Of a stretch of 32,000 nucleotides of DNA, positions 22,046 through 31,982 are shown in pieces. How positions within the stretch are numbered: the first letter of the stretch is position 1; every line of letters begins with the position of its first letter. The translations under genes and the position numbers were made by a program. Origin of the DNA: Candidatus Absconditicoccus praedator (lineage in GTDB: Bacteria; Patescibacteriota; Gracilibacteria; Absconditabacterales; Absconditicoccaceae); NCBI RefSeq assembly GCF_021057185.1, contig NZ_CP054059.1:900001-932000 (forward strand), in the 5' to 3' direction. The notes beneath the pieces are model-generated. The model was not told where the DNA came from, ran no database searches, and saw only the letters and a program-made list of their open reading frames with translations.

Positions 22046-24010
22046 ATGATCATAATTTTTAATAAAAACGATATATTGCTAGATTTGCTAATTGACTGAA
22101 ATCCAAGAGATATTACGGATGAATATCTAAAAAATATATTAGAAGAACTATATAAATACTGACCAATTGTTCCCCATATAGAAATAAAATGAGAAGAAGT
22201 GAGAATAGAATTAGATATACCATCTATTGAAGAATATGAAAACAAACTACAAGAAGCTACAGAATTTGCTACTCGCTGATCATATCACAAAGCAAGAGTC
22301 TTGATTGATGACTTGTTAGAAAAGTATCCAACTGTATCTGATTTTTATAGAATAAAATGACAAATTTTTTATGAAACTTGAAAACTAGATCAAGCAGAAA
22401 AAAATATAATTGAATGATTAAAGCTAGAACCTGATAACAAATGGTGTTTGGTAGTCTTAGGAAATATTTATCAAAATAAAGGAAAAATTGAATTTGCAAA
22501 AAACTTGTACCTAAAAGCAATCCAAAAAGATCCAAATGATATATATGCACTAACAAATTATTGAGCTGTGAATTTGCAAGAATGAGATTATGAAGAAGCA
22601 GAAGCTTCTCTTGATCAATCTTATAAAAATGATCCTGATTATAATATTACAAACTACAATTTGGCAGTACTTTATAATTATAAAGATCAGTTTTATAAAA
22701 GTTTTTATCATTGAATAAAGGCAATTGAACAATCTCAAAATGATGAGAATATGAAAAATTCTATTATGAAAGTAGTTTTTGATTCTGCAAAGAAATATTC
22801 ATATTATTATTCTGTACAAGAGCTTTATGATAAATACAAACAAGAATTAGAACAAAGATCACAGAAATCAATCCAAGTTAACGAAGACAAAAATTTGCAG
22901 GTATGAGCAATCATAAAAATTGCAGAATATCATTGAAACAATGAACATAAGATTTTTTATAATCCACAAAATCAATACTACAAACATTCTATAATGCATG
23001 AATTAACTCATCTCAAATTGATTGAAGATGCAAGAGACCAAAAAAATAATAAAATATTTGCACAAACCAAAGAAAATCAAGCAAAATTCATAAAAGATCT
23101 AATATGAGAAAGTATGGATTTTTCAAAATCAGCTTATACAAAAGATCAAATTGATTACTTTTCTCAAAATATAAATCTTCAGTTGTACAATCAACCAATT
23201 GATCTAATAATAGAAGAATATCTTTTTGAAAACTATGAAGATATAAGACCAATACAGTTTTTGAATATTGTGAATATGGTAAAACAGTGAGTGGAAATAT
23301 CTAATAATAAAGATATAGAAAAAAGTACTCCCAAGGTGGTATATGAAGCAAATGTAATAATGAATATTGTCCAAGCATATTTTTTGGAAGATTTGTTTAG
23401 TGTAAGTTTCATCAATGAATTCAAGAAAAATAAGCTTATCAGAAAAGCATGGAACATTTATCAGGATTATAAATCAAAAAAGGATAGCTTAGAACCATGA
23501 GATGAATACGAACTTATTAACTATCGAGCAGAAGAGTTGTGATTATCTTGATATTTTAGTTTGATTGATGAAGAAGAGTTTAGTAGTAATGATTTTGAAG
23601 TTACAGACAAGAAAGATGAAGAACCAATAGAGTATGAAAATGTTGATAATTTCAAAAGTGATTATTTTGATATCATCAAAGACTATAAAGATAAATGAAA
23701 AATTGATGAATCTGAGATAAATATGGCTATTGTGATGTATTGTGTATGAGCAATACAATATTTGGAAAATTTAGATTTTGAAAAAATCAAAGAAATTGCA
23801 TTTGAGATATGAATGAAGTGAGCTGGTGGAATATCTTATTGAGATGATACTCAGTATGAACTAAAATCAATTCCTTGAAAAAAGTTTACCTGATATCAGC
23901 TGTTGGCATATATGTATGTTTCTTGGAAAATCATAGAGCCAACTATGGATGTTGGATTGGATTATTCTCAAGAGTATGAGTTAGCAAAAAAGATATTATG
24001 AAAAGCTTAA
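22046..24010 (+). CDS. TPR-repeat protein with an HExxH motif
   Basis: 654 aa. The N-terminal third has TPR-like repeats (..GNIYQNKGKIEFAKNLYLKAIQKDPND..ALTNYGAVNLQEGDYEEAEASLDQSYKNDPD..). SIMHELTHL lies at 22997-23011. The C-terminal half is unrecognised. TAA 24008-24010. Confidence 0.6.
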
Positions 24011-24016
24011 AAAAAA

Positions 24017-24044
24017 TTGACAATATTTTTTCAAAGATTAAAAT
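24017..24044 (+). promoter_or_regulatory. sigma70-like promoter of the KAP / MazG / DUF2075 operon
   Basis: TTGACA (24017-24022), 16-nt spacer, TAAAAT (24039-24044), 30 nt before ATG 24075. Confidence 0.5.
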
Positions 24045-24074
24045 TAGCTTAATTTTACCTCAAATTGAAATGAA

Positions 24075-27000
24075 ATGGTAGATGAGTCAAAAAAACTATA
24101 CAAAATTAATGGTGAAGAAATACAATGAGTTGATACAAAGTTTGGAAATGCGTGAGAATTATCCTCAGAAAAAGCAAAGATTAGATGAGTTATTAAGTGG
24201 ATAATAGATAGAGCTTATGAAAAATGATTTTCAAAAGATTGGATTCAAGAGGCTCTTGATAATTATATAAATTATGGATCTTGAAAAAATAAAGAAAAAA
24301 ATGAAAATACATATAGAGAAATCAAGGTGTCTATATATAACAACTTGGAAAATAATAAAAATAATTTAAAAAAGTTTTTTAGAGGTGAGAATAATACAAA
24401 AAAATTATGAATTCGAAGTGTAATAATAGATTGAGAAGAACTGTTAAATTCTTCTATACTAGATAAATTAAATATAGTTATTTTTGAGCTATCAAATAGT
24501 AGTAGAAAAAATGCTAAGACACTATATAATACAAGGAAAAACGAGAATAATGAGGTTTTAAATTTCTTTGCATGGGATGATAAATTTTGAAAAAATACTA
24601 AAGAATGAGATTTAGTATTTTTTGTTAATAAATCTGCAAAAGAAGAAAATGATGAGTTTTCTATTCTGGTAACAAGAATATATGATAGATGATATGAACT
24701 AAAAAATAAAAATAATGACCAGAATCAAAAATTTTACTATTTAGAAAAAGATGGAAATCAAAAAAAATTATATTATATATGAAATGAAGAAGATGCTCCT
24801 GAATGAGTTGATAATAGTAATAATTTATCAAAATGGGAATGGTCAGAAAATAATCAAAAAACTTTTGTTGTTTTTGAAGTTTTATATGAAATCAGAAATA
24901 TTACTGATTGGAGCTGATATAGAAACTTAGGTGCTGCTCAGTTTACTTATATAAAAAGTCTATATGATGATAGACTTCAATTTATTATAGAGACATTAAG
25001 AAATAATTTATCTGAAAATTTAAAAGATAAAAATTTTTTAAACGTTTATATTAACTCTTTAGATGTTCCTTTATGAGATGTTGATATTTATTATGAAGAT
25101 AGTAATGATAATAAGTCTATAAATATTTGGTGAAGATTCTTTGATAAGGTTAATAAAGATAAAACTTCAACAATTATTTTTGATGTTATAAATCGATATA
25201 ACATTTGATTTGAATCAGATATTAGTTATAGAAAACAATTATTATTATGATTGATTATATCATTCAATAAAGATTATGAGGATTTTATTAAACTATTACT
25301 AGCAGATATATACATTAGATATCTTAGAGGAAAGTCAGTATGACAGAAATATCCTTGAAATTTTAACTTTAATTGATGATGTATAAATATAAATTGATTT
25401 AAAGAATTATTAACTTTAAATATTAAAGAAAAATTATGAGAAAACGACTTATCATTACATGACAATGAAAATGAAAATTATTATACTATAGAAAAAAATG
25501 AAGAAAATAAAGAAATTGTTCAAATATTTGAATCCGATGATATAACAGAAGGTTTTAAAAGTTTTCTTGATTCAATATCAATAAAATTTGATTATATATA
25601 TCTTGCTAAATCTTACCAACAAATTAAGAATATTGTTGAAAAATATAAAACTTGAGAAAACAAAGAAGAGGATCAGAAATCATTTAGTGTATGAATTATC
25701 TGAAAATGGTGAGAATGAAAAACGAAACTTGTAAGTCTTTTGAAAGAGTATTATTTAGAAAATGAGAATTATAGTGTCTATGAGGTAGATGTATGGAAAT
25801 GATACTCCATAAACTGAGTAGAAACAGAAAAAAAGTGATTTATAAAATATATTTACAGAAAGTTAATAGAAAAAGAATTATGATATGAAGAATATAAATA
25901 TTGAAAATCCATAACTGATAAAATAAAAAACTCTTATATTTGAATATTGATAACATTTTTAACTAAAACTATATTCTTTTTATTTTTCTTCATAATTGAG
26001 AGTTTTTTAAAAACTTTTTATAATAAAACTTATTTTGGTAACTATTATACTTCTTCATCATTAAAACAATTAAATTTGAAATACTATTATGATAAGTTGT
26101 ACAATAATATCTTCTTGTATCAAAGATTTTCTTATGCGAAGTTTTTCTTTATATTTTATGTTTTTGGTTTGATATTTTTCATTTTCACTTATAATTTAGA
26201 ATGTCTTATATACTTTGAGTGTCTAGAAAAAGAATCTTTAGAACAGGCTGAATATATTCCTGAGTATATAAAAGAAAATGAGTATATAATTACTTTTTTA
26301 TTATTAATTCCTTTTTTTATTTTGTTTTTGTATAAGTATTGATTTAAGACTAATATTTATGACAAGCAAATACAGGATTCTAATTTGGCAGATAAATTTG
26401 GTAATGAATTATTTAATATTATTTGAGATAACAATAAAAAAATAATAATTCTTGAAAATATTGATAGACTAAATCCAGATCAAATAATTGATGTGATAGA
26501 TCTCACAAAAACAGTTTTGGACTTCCCAGATACTGTATATATAATTCCAATAGATCCAAATTTAGTTAAATGTTGACTAGAAAATAAGTATAAGGACTTC
26601 AACGGACAATCAAAAGAAGCATTTAATCCAGATTTATATTTGGATAAAATAATACAATTCCCCTACTATTTAGTTAACCCTTATCTTTTAAATATAAAAA
26701 AAATAACGAAAAAAGAAATTGAAAAATTTAATTTAAAGTTATATTGATTTTTGTCAACTATATCACAAGATAATGATGATTTTAAAAGATTTGAGAGTTA
26801 TTTTGATCATCTTGACTTTAAAAGAAGAGTACTTTGTAATTATAATCCTAGAAAAGAACAAATATTTAATCAAATAAAAAAAGTGTATTCAGAAATATAT
26901 AATAATGCTATTGATTATTATAATGTTAAAAATAATAATAATGAATTCTATCAAAGATTGTTTTATAATGAATTCTATCAAAGATTGTTTTATAATGAAT

Positions 27001-27419
27001 TCTATCAAAGATTATTTTTGGTTTTCTTTGCTATAAGATTTGCTGACATTAGTCTATTTATGAAAATTGAAAAAAAACCTTATATTTTACTAAAATTATT
27101 TTGATATATATCAAGTGATATTGAAAAAATTAATAATGACAATAATTTAGAAAAAAATCTATTTACTCTTGAAGTATCCAATATTTCAATTGAAATTTTG
27201 GAACAACATAATTTAGAATGTATAAACTCCAAAAATTATATAATAGAAAACAATTTATTAGAAAAAGAGGAAATCGTGTTGCTATTAGAAATTTTAGGTA
27301 ATTTTTATCCATTATCTGATAAAAACTATAATAACTATGACTATTTAAAAGAATTAACTGTTGATCATTTACAAAAGTACATGAGAAGGGCATATGTCCC
27401 TCTTAGAAAAGATAACTAA
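24075..27419 (+). CDS. KAP-family P-loop NTPase with a long unknown N-terminal region
   Basis: 1114 aa. I checked frame 0 codon by codon from 24075 to 25952 with no TAA/TAG; the track ORFs 25947, 26751 and 27198 are all in that frame. Walker A is SVGIIGKWGEGKT (25692-25724), with all four Gly encoded by TGA. Hydrophobic helices are inserted after it (25947-26340), then IIILENIDRLNPDQIIDVIDLTKTVLDFPDTVYIIPIDPNLV..YLDKIIQFPYYL, the KAP Walker B and downstream signature. Confidence 0.75.
26940..27020 (+). repeat. 27-bp in-frame tandem repeat x3 inside the KAP gene
   Basis: aatgaattctatcaaagattgttttat at 26940, 26967 and 26994 (third copy diverged at its end). Encodes NEFYQRLFY x3. Confidence 0.9.
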
Positions 27420-27447
27420 TTTATTTTAATAATAATTAATAGTTACA

Positions 27448-27783
27448 ATGGAAGAAATAATCAAACAACTTAGAGAATTTAGAGATCAAAGAGACTGGAA
27501 ACAATTTCATAACCCCAAAGATTTAGCTAATGCTATAAGTATTGAAACGGCTGAATTAATGGAACATTTCTTATGGAAAACTCAGGAAGAATCTTATGAG
27601 AAAGTAAAAAATAATCCCAAAATTGCAGAGGAGGTTGCTGATATTATGATATTTTTGATATATTTTGCTGAAACTTCATGAATTGATATTGAAAAAGCAG
27701 TCAAAGATAAAATAGAAAAAAATAATAAAAAATATTCTGTTGAAAAATCAAAATGAAAAAGTAATAAATATACAGAACTTTAA
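27448..27783 (+). CDS. MazG-like nucleoside triphosphate pyrophosphohydrolase
   Basis: 111 aa. REFRDQRDWKQFHNPKDLANAISIETAELMEHFLWK .. EEVADIMIFLIYFAE is the all-alpha MazG/dCTPase-type signature, with ExxE and E..D metal ligands. Starts 28 nt after the KAP stop. Confidence 0.8.
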
Positions 27784-27800
27784 TACTTATATTTTGTGCA

Positions 27801-29660
27801 ATGATAGTTTATAGTGAAACAAAACAAACATTTCTTGATGATGTTTCAAAAAGAAATATAGAAGACATTATAGAAACTTGTGTAGAAAATAAACTCAAAA
27901 GAAAAACATCAAAAAATGAAAAGCTATCATGGAAAAACTCATTGAGAGAGATGTTTTTCATAATGAGCGATAATGAAATACCTGATGATATATGAGTAAG
28001 TATAGAATACAATATTCCTTGATCATGAAAGAGAATAGATTTTATAATAACATGACTTGATGATTCCAACAAAGAAAATGTTATAATAATTGAATTGAAA
28101 CAATGGGAAAAAGTTCAACTTACTGATAAAGATTGAATAGTAACTACTCGATTTTCTCATGGAGAAAGTGAAGAAAATCATCCATCATATCAAGCTTGGT
28201 CTTATGCTACTTTGCTATATTCTTTTAACGAAACTGTTGAAGAAAATGATATTCAACTTAATCCTTGTGCTTATTTGCATAATTACAAGGATAATAGCTG
28301 AGATATTGTGCATGATTTCTATTCAGAATATATTACCAAATCACCTGTATTTTTGCAAGATGATAAGGAAAAACTTCAAAATTTCATAAAAAAATATATC
28401 AAGCACTGAGACAAAAATAAAACAATGTATGAAATTGATCAATGAAAAATTAGACCATCCAAATCATTAGCAGATAGTTTAGTATCTATGATTAAGTGAA
28501 ATCAAGAGTTTGTAATGATAGATGATCAAAAGCTTTTGTATGAACAAGCTTTAAAACTTGCAAGAAACTCCTCACAATCAAACAAAAAAGTTTTAATAGT
28601 TAGAGGTTGACCTTGAACTTGAAAATCTGTTGTTGCAATAAATTTATTGGTAACCCTTAATCAAGAAAGACTGGTAACTCAATATGTAAGTAAAAACTCA
28701 GCACCAAGAGCAGTTTATGCAGCAAAACTAACTTGAGAGTTGAAGAAAACACACATTGATAATTTATTTGTTTGATCCTGATCTTTTACTAATTCACAAG
28801 AATCAGAGTTTGACTGTCTTATAGTAGATGAAGCACATAGGCTTAATGAAAAATCTTGAATGTTTTGAAACTTATGAGAGAATCAAATAAAGGAAATTAT
28901 ATATGCTTCTAATTTTTCAATATTTTTTATTGATGAAGATCAAAAAGTAACCTTTAATGATATAGGAGAAGTTGATGAAATCAAAAAACGAGCAACAAAC
29001 CAAGGAGCAGAAATTTATGAGATGGAACTTTCTTCTCAATTTCGTTGTAGTGGGTCAGATTGATACTTAGCATGGCTTGATAATACTTTACAAATAAAAG
29101 AAACAGCAAATCCAACTTTGGAATGAATAAACTATGATTTCAAGGTTTTTGATTCTCCTGCTGATCTTAGAGATGCCATTTTTGAAAAAAATAAAATAAA
29201 TAATAGAGCAAGACTTCTTGCTGGATACTGTCGAAATTGGGTTAGTAAAAAAGACTCATCAGCTTATGATATTGTATTTGAAGAATACGATTTTCAGATG
29301 AAATGGAATCTCAGCAAAGATGGAATGTTGCGAATAATGAAACCAGAATCTGTAAATGAAGTTGGTTGTATCCATACTTGTCAATGATTGGAAGTAGATT
29401 ATGTATGAGTTATTATATGACCAGATTTAATAGTAAGGAATTGAGAAGTCTTGGTAGATCCATCACAAAGAGCAACTACTGATGCATCATTAAAATGATA
29501 CAAAAAGGCTTTAAAAGAAAATCCAGAGGAAACTAAGGATTTTATAAAGTCTCTGATAAAAAATACTTATCGTACTTTGATGACAAGAGGTATGAAAGGT
29601 TGTTATATTTATTGTACTGATGAGGAAACAAGAGAGTATTTTAAGAAATTAATTTGATAA
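27801..29660 (+). CDS. DUF2075-type protein: N-terminal PD-(D/E)xK-like nuclease module + SF1-like P-loop ATPase/helicase
   Basis: 619 aa. Candidate nuclease motif RIDFIITG..(11 aa)..IIELKQW (28038-28100). Walker A RGGPGTGKS (28605-28628, three of the four Gly are TGA). Walker B LIVDEAHRL. C-terminal CIHTCQGLEVDYVGVIIGPDL and NTYRTLMTRGMKGCYIY resemble DUF2075. Starts 17 nt after the MazG stop. Confidence 0.75.
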
Positions 29661-29666
29661 ATTTCC

Positions 29667-29695
29667 TTGAAATCAAAAAAATTATATGCTATAAT
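29667..29695 (+). promoter_or_regulatory. near-consensus sigma70 promoter with extended -10
   Basis: TTGAAA (29667-29672), 17-nt spacer ending in TGC, TATAAT (29690-29695). Confidence 0.55.
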
Positions 29696-29773
29696 ATTTA
29701 TAGCTACCAACTCTAGAGCCGGCTTTGTGTTGTGTAGCTCCTTAATTTTATTTACATCCTAAACATAAACAAA

Positions 29774-30382
29774 ATGGCAGAAATCCCAAATAGACTACAA
29801 ACCAAAAAAGAGGATGCAGAAACTCTGATAAACCTTCTGCAAGATCAAAAAGATAAACTGGGAGAGGATCATTTAATGTTTAGGAACCAGCCGGATATTA
29901 TCAGCCAATTCCAGTCTATGAAAGACGAAATTTTGGAATGAGCTGAGGAGTTGGATGTCAGAGACGAACAAATTGATGATGACAGAGAGGGGCTTTGGAA
30001 TAATTTGACTGATTTTGTTGCTAGACTCAAACAATACTATCAATTTACCAAAGAAGACGGAGATCTGCCAGATTGGATGTACTACAAACCACAAACAAAT
30101 CAAACCGGACTAGAATTTTTGGAAGAACTTTTTGATAAAATTGATGAAGAATTATCCGAAGATTTCAAAACTTGATTTGATCAAGCTTCACCAATTACTA
30201 TTTCACAAGCAAAAGATGATTTTGAAGAATGGAAACAATGACTTAGATGAGAAGATTGGGAAGTATATATGGAAAAAAGAAGAAATATGTCTAGATTGAT
30301 CAATTATATGAAAAAGTCGTTGATGATGACAGGAATGACCGGCTTTGAAGTAAGAGTTAATCTGCACGAGGACGAAGACTAA
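29774..30382 (+). CDS. hypothetical acidic protein
   Basis: 202 aa. ATG 29774, TAA 30380-30382, five in-frame TGA. Visibly more G+C than the adjacent KAP gene. No family recognised. Confidence 0.6.
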
Positions 30383-30404
30383 AAATTTCATCTATCAACT
30401 CAAA

Positions 30405-30437
30405 AACCAGCTTCTATAAACAGGAGCTGGTTTTTTT
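30405..30437 (+). terminator. rho-independent terminator
   Basis: aaccagct (30405-30412) / agctggtt (30425-30432), then a T-run. The arms are nearly identical to those of the terminator at 21948-21977. Confidence 0.75.
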
Positions 30438-30474
30438 GATTCCCCAAAAAATTAATAAGTAATTGATAATGTCT

Positions 30475-30583
30475 ACCCCTCCAAAAGATTGTAACAAAGT
30501 TGAAGAGGGATACCCCTCCAAAAGATTGTAACAAAGTTGAAGAGGGTCACCCCTCCAAAAGATTGTAACAAAGTTGAAGAGGG
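30475..30583. repeat. tandem 37-bp-period hairpin repeat array, left part (3 identical units)
   Basis: acccctccaaaagattgtaacaaagttgaagaggg at 30475, 30512 and 30549. The 35-bp cores are identical and separated by 2 nt (at, tc). Each core carries the complementary ends ccctc / gaggg. Confidence 0.9.
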
Positions 30584-30586
30584 TAG

Positions 30587-31872
30587 CCCTAGTCTTGTCC
30601 GAAACATTGATTTTATTATAAAAAAAGCTATAAGTATAGCATTTAAAATAATAAAATATATTTAAATATGGAAGGAATTAATGTAAAACAGATATTAGAA
30701 ATAATACCTGATGAATTTATAGAAAAATTAGAAAAAAACTGTAATATAAATCATCAAGTTAAAAAAATGAGTTGAAAGGTAATGTTTAAACTGTTATTAA
30801 TGTGAATATTAGATTGAGATAATTTAACACAAAGAACATTAGCATCAATATATAACAGTCCTGAATTTACTCAATATGCAGATAAATGAGAACAACAAAC
30901 AAGACATACAACTATAAGTGATAGACTTATAAACATGGATTATAAATTCTTTGAGAAATTGTTTGAAGAAATAAGTAAAAAGTTTGAAAAAGTATTAAAA
31001 ATATGAGCAACAAAAATGAAGGTGGTGCTAAAGAGATTTGATTCTACATTAGTTTGAATATCAGAAAAACTACTTAAGTTTTGAATAAAAGCATGAAGTC
31101 CAGATGAAAGACATATAAAATTTACAGTCTGATTAAAGTGATTGTTGCCAAATAAAGTTTCAGTTTATGAAGAGCAAAAAGCAAGTAGTGAAGATGTAGC
31201 ATTATGAGAAACTATTTTACAAGAGACAACATCTAAAAATCAAATATTATTATTTGATAGATGAGTTCAAAAAAGAGAAACTTATTCAAAGCTAATAGAT
31301 AAAAATACAAATTTTGTAAGTAGATTAAGACAAAATACTAAGTATCAAGTTATAAGACAAAATAAAGAAGTAGAATGAATAAAAGTATGAAATTTAGTGT
31401 TAGAATGTGATGAAATAGTAAAATTATATTGAAAATGATGAGATATATTAGAAAAAGAATTAAGATTAATAAAAGCAATAAATCAAAAAAATGAAGTATT
31501 TTTATTTATAACAAATATGTATAATTTCACAGCAGAAGAAATAACAGAATTTTATGCAAGGAGATGGGATATAGAAGTATTTTTTAGATTTATAAAACAA
31601 GAATTTTGATTTAGTCATTTTGTATCAAGATCAAAGAATTGAATAATGAATATGCTATATATGACACTAATAACATCAATACTTGTAATAGTATATAAAT
31701 CAAAAAACAGTATAAAATCCTACAAAGAAGCTAAAAGAAGATTTATTGCTGAATTAGATGAATTAATTTTAATTGAGCTAGCAATAGCAATCTGAGGAGA
31801 TGTTGATCTTCTTAAAAAGAAATATTTAAATTATTATAAATACTCTTAATAAGGTTTCGGACAAGACTGGGG
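30587..31872 (+). mobile_element. IS4/IS5-superfamily insertion sequence (about 1.29 kb)
   Basis: Inverted ends ccctagtcttgtccgaaac (30587-30605) and gtttcggacaagactgggg (31854-31872) agree at 18/19 positions. One DDE_Tnp_1-type ORF. Sits between repeat units 3 and 4. Exact ends and target duplication are ambiguous because the target is itself palindromic. Confidence 0.8.
30668..31849 (+). CDS. IS4-family DDE transposase
   Basis: 393 aa under code 25. KRFDST, ILLFDRG and the Y-x2-R-x3-E-x6-K signature (YARRWDIEVFFRFIK). Many TGA Gly codons. Confidence 0.85.
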
Positions 31873-31874
31873 TC

Positions 31875-31982
31875 ACCCCTCCAAAAGATTGTAACAAACT
31901 TGAAGAGTACCCCCACTCCTAAATATTGTAACAAAAGGGATGGAGTACCCCACTCCAAAAGTTAGTAACAAAAAGGATGGAG
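31875..31982. repeat. continuation of the hairpin repeat array, right part (1 close + 2 diverged units)
   Basis: 31875-31907 is acccctccaaaagattgtaacaaacttgaagag. Two diverged units follow (31908-31945 and 31946-31982), keeping the ..ttgtaacaaaa.. / ..tagtaacaaaa.. core. The array may continue past the window end. Confidence 0.8.

Noticed and set aside
25947-26342. 131-aa ORF that looks like an independent small membrane protein
   Set aside because: It is in the same frame as, and continuous with, the KAP NTPase ORF under code 25. It corresponds to the transmembrane insert expected between the KAP Walker A and Walker B motifs.
29697-29745. Possible tRNA or small structured RNA (agctac .. gtagct with a GC-rich centre)
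   Set aside because: There is only a 6-bp stem with a 26-nt loop, and no cloverleaf or T-loop/anticodon features. It lies in the predicted 5' leader of the gene at 29774, so it is mentioned only as a leader hairpin.
30475-31982. CRISPR array, because the repeats are about 36 bp, hairpin-forming and regularly spaced
   Set aside because: Units are directly adjacent with only 2 nt between them, so there are no spacers. No cas genes are in the window. Classified as a tandem hairpin repeat instead.
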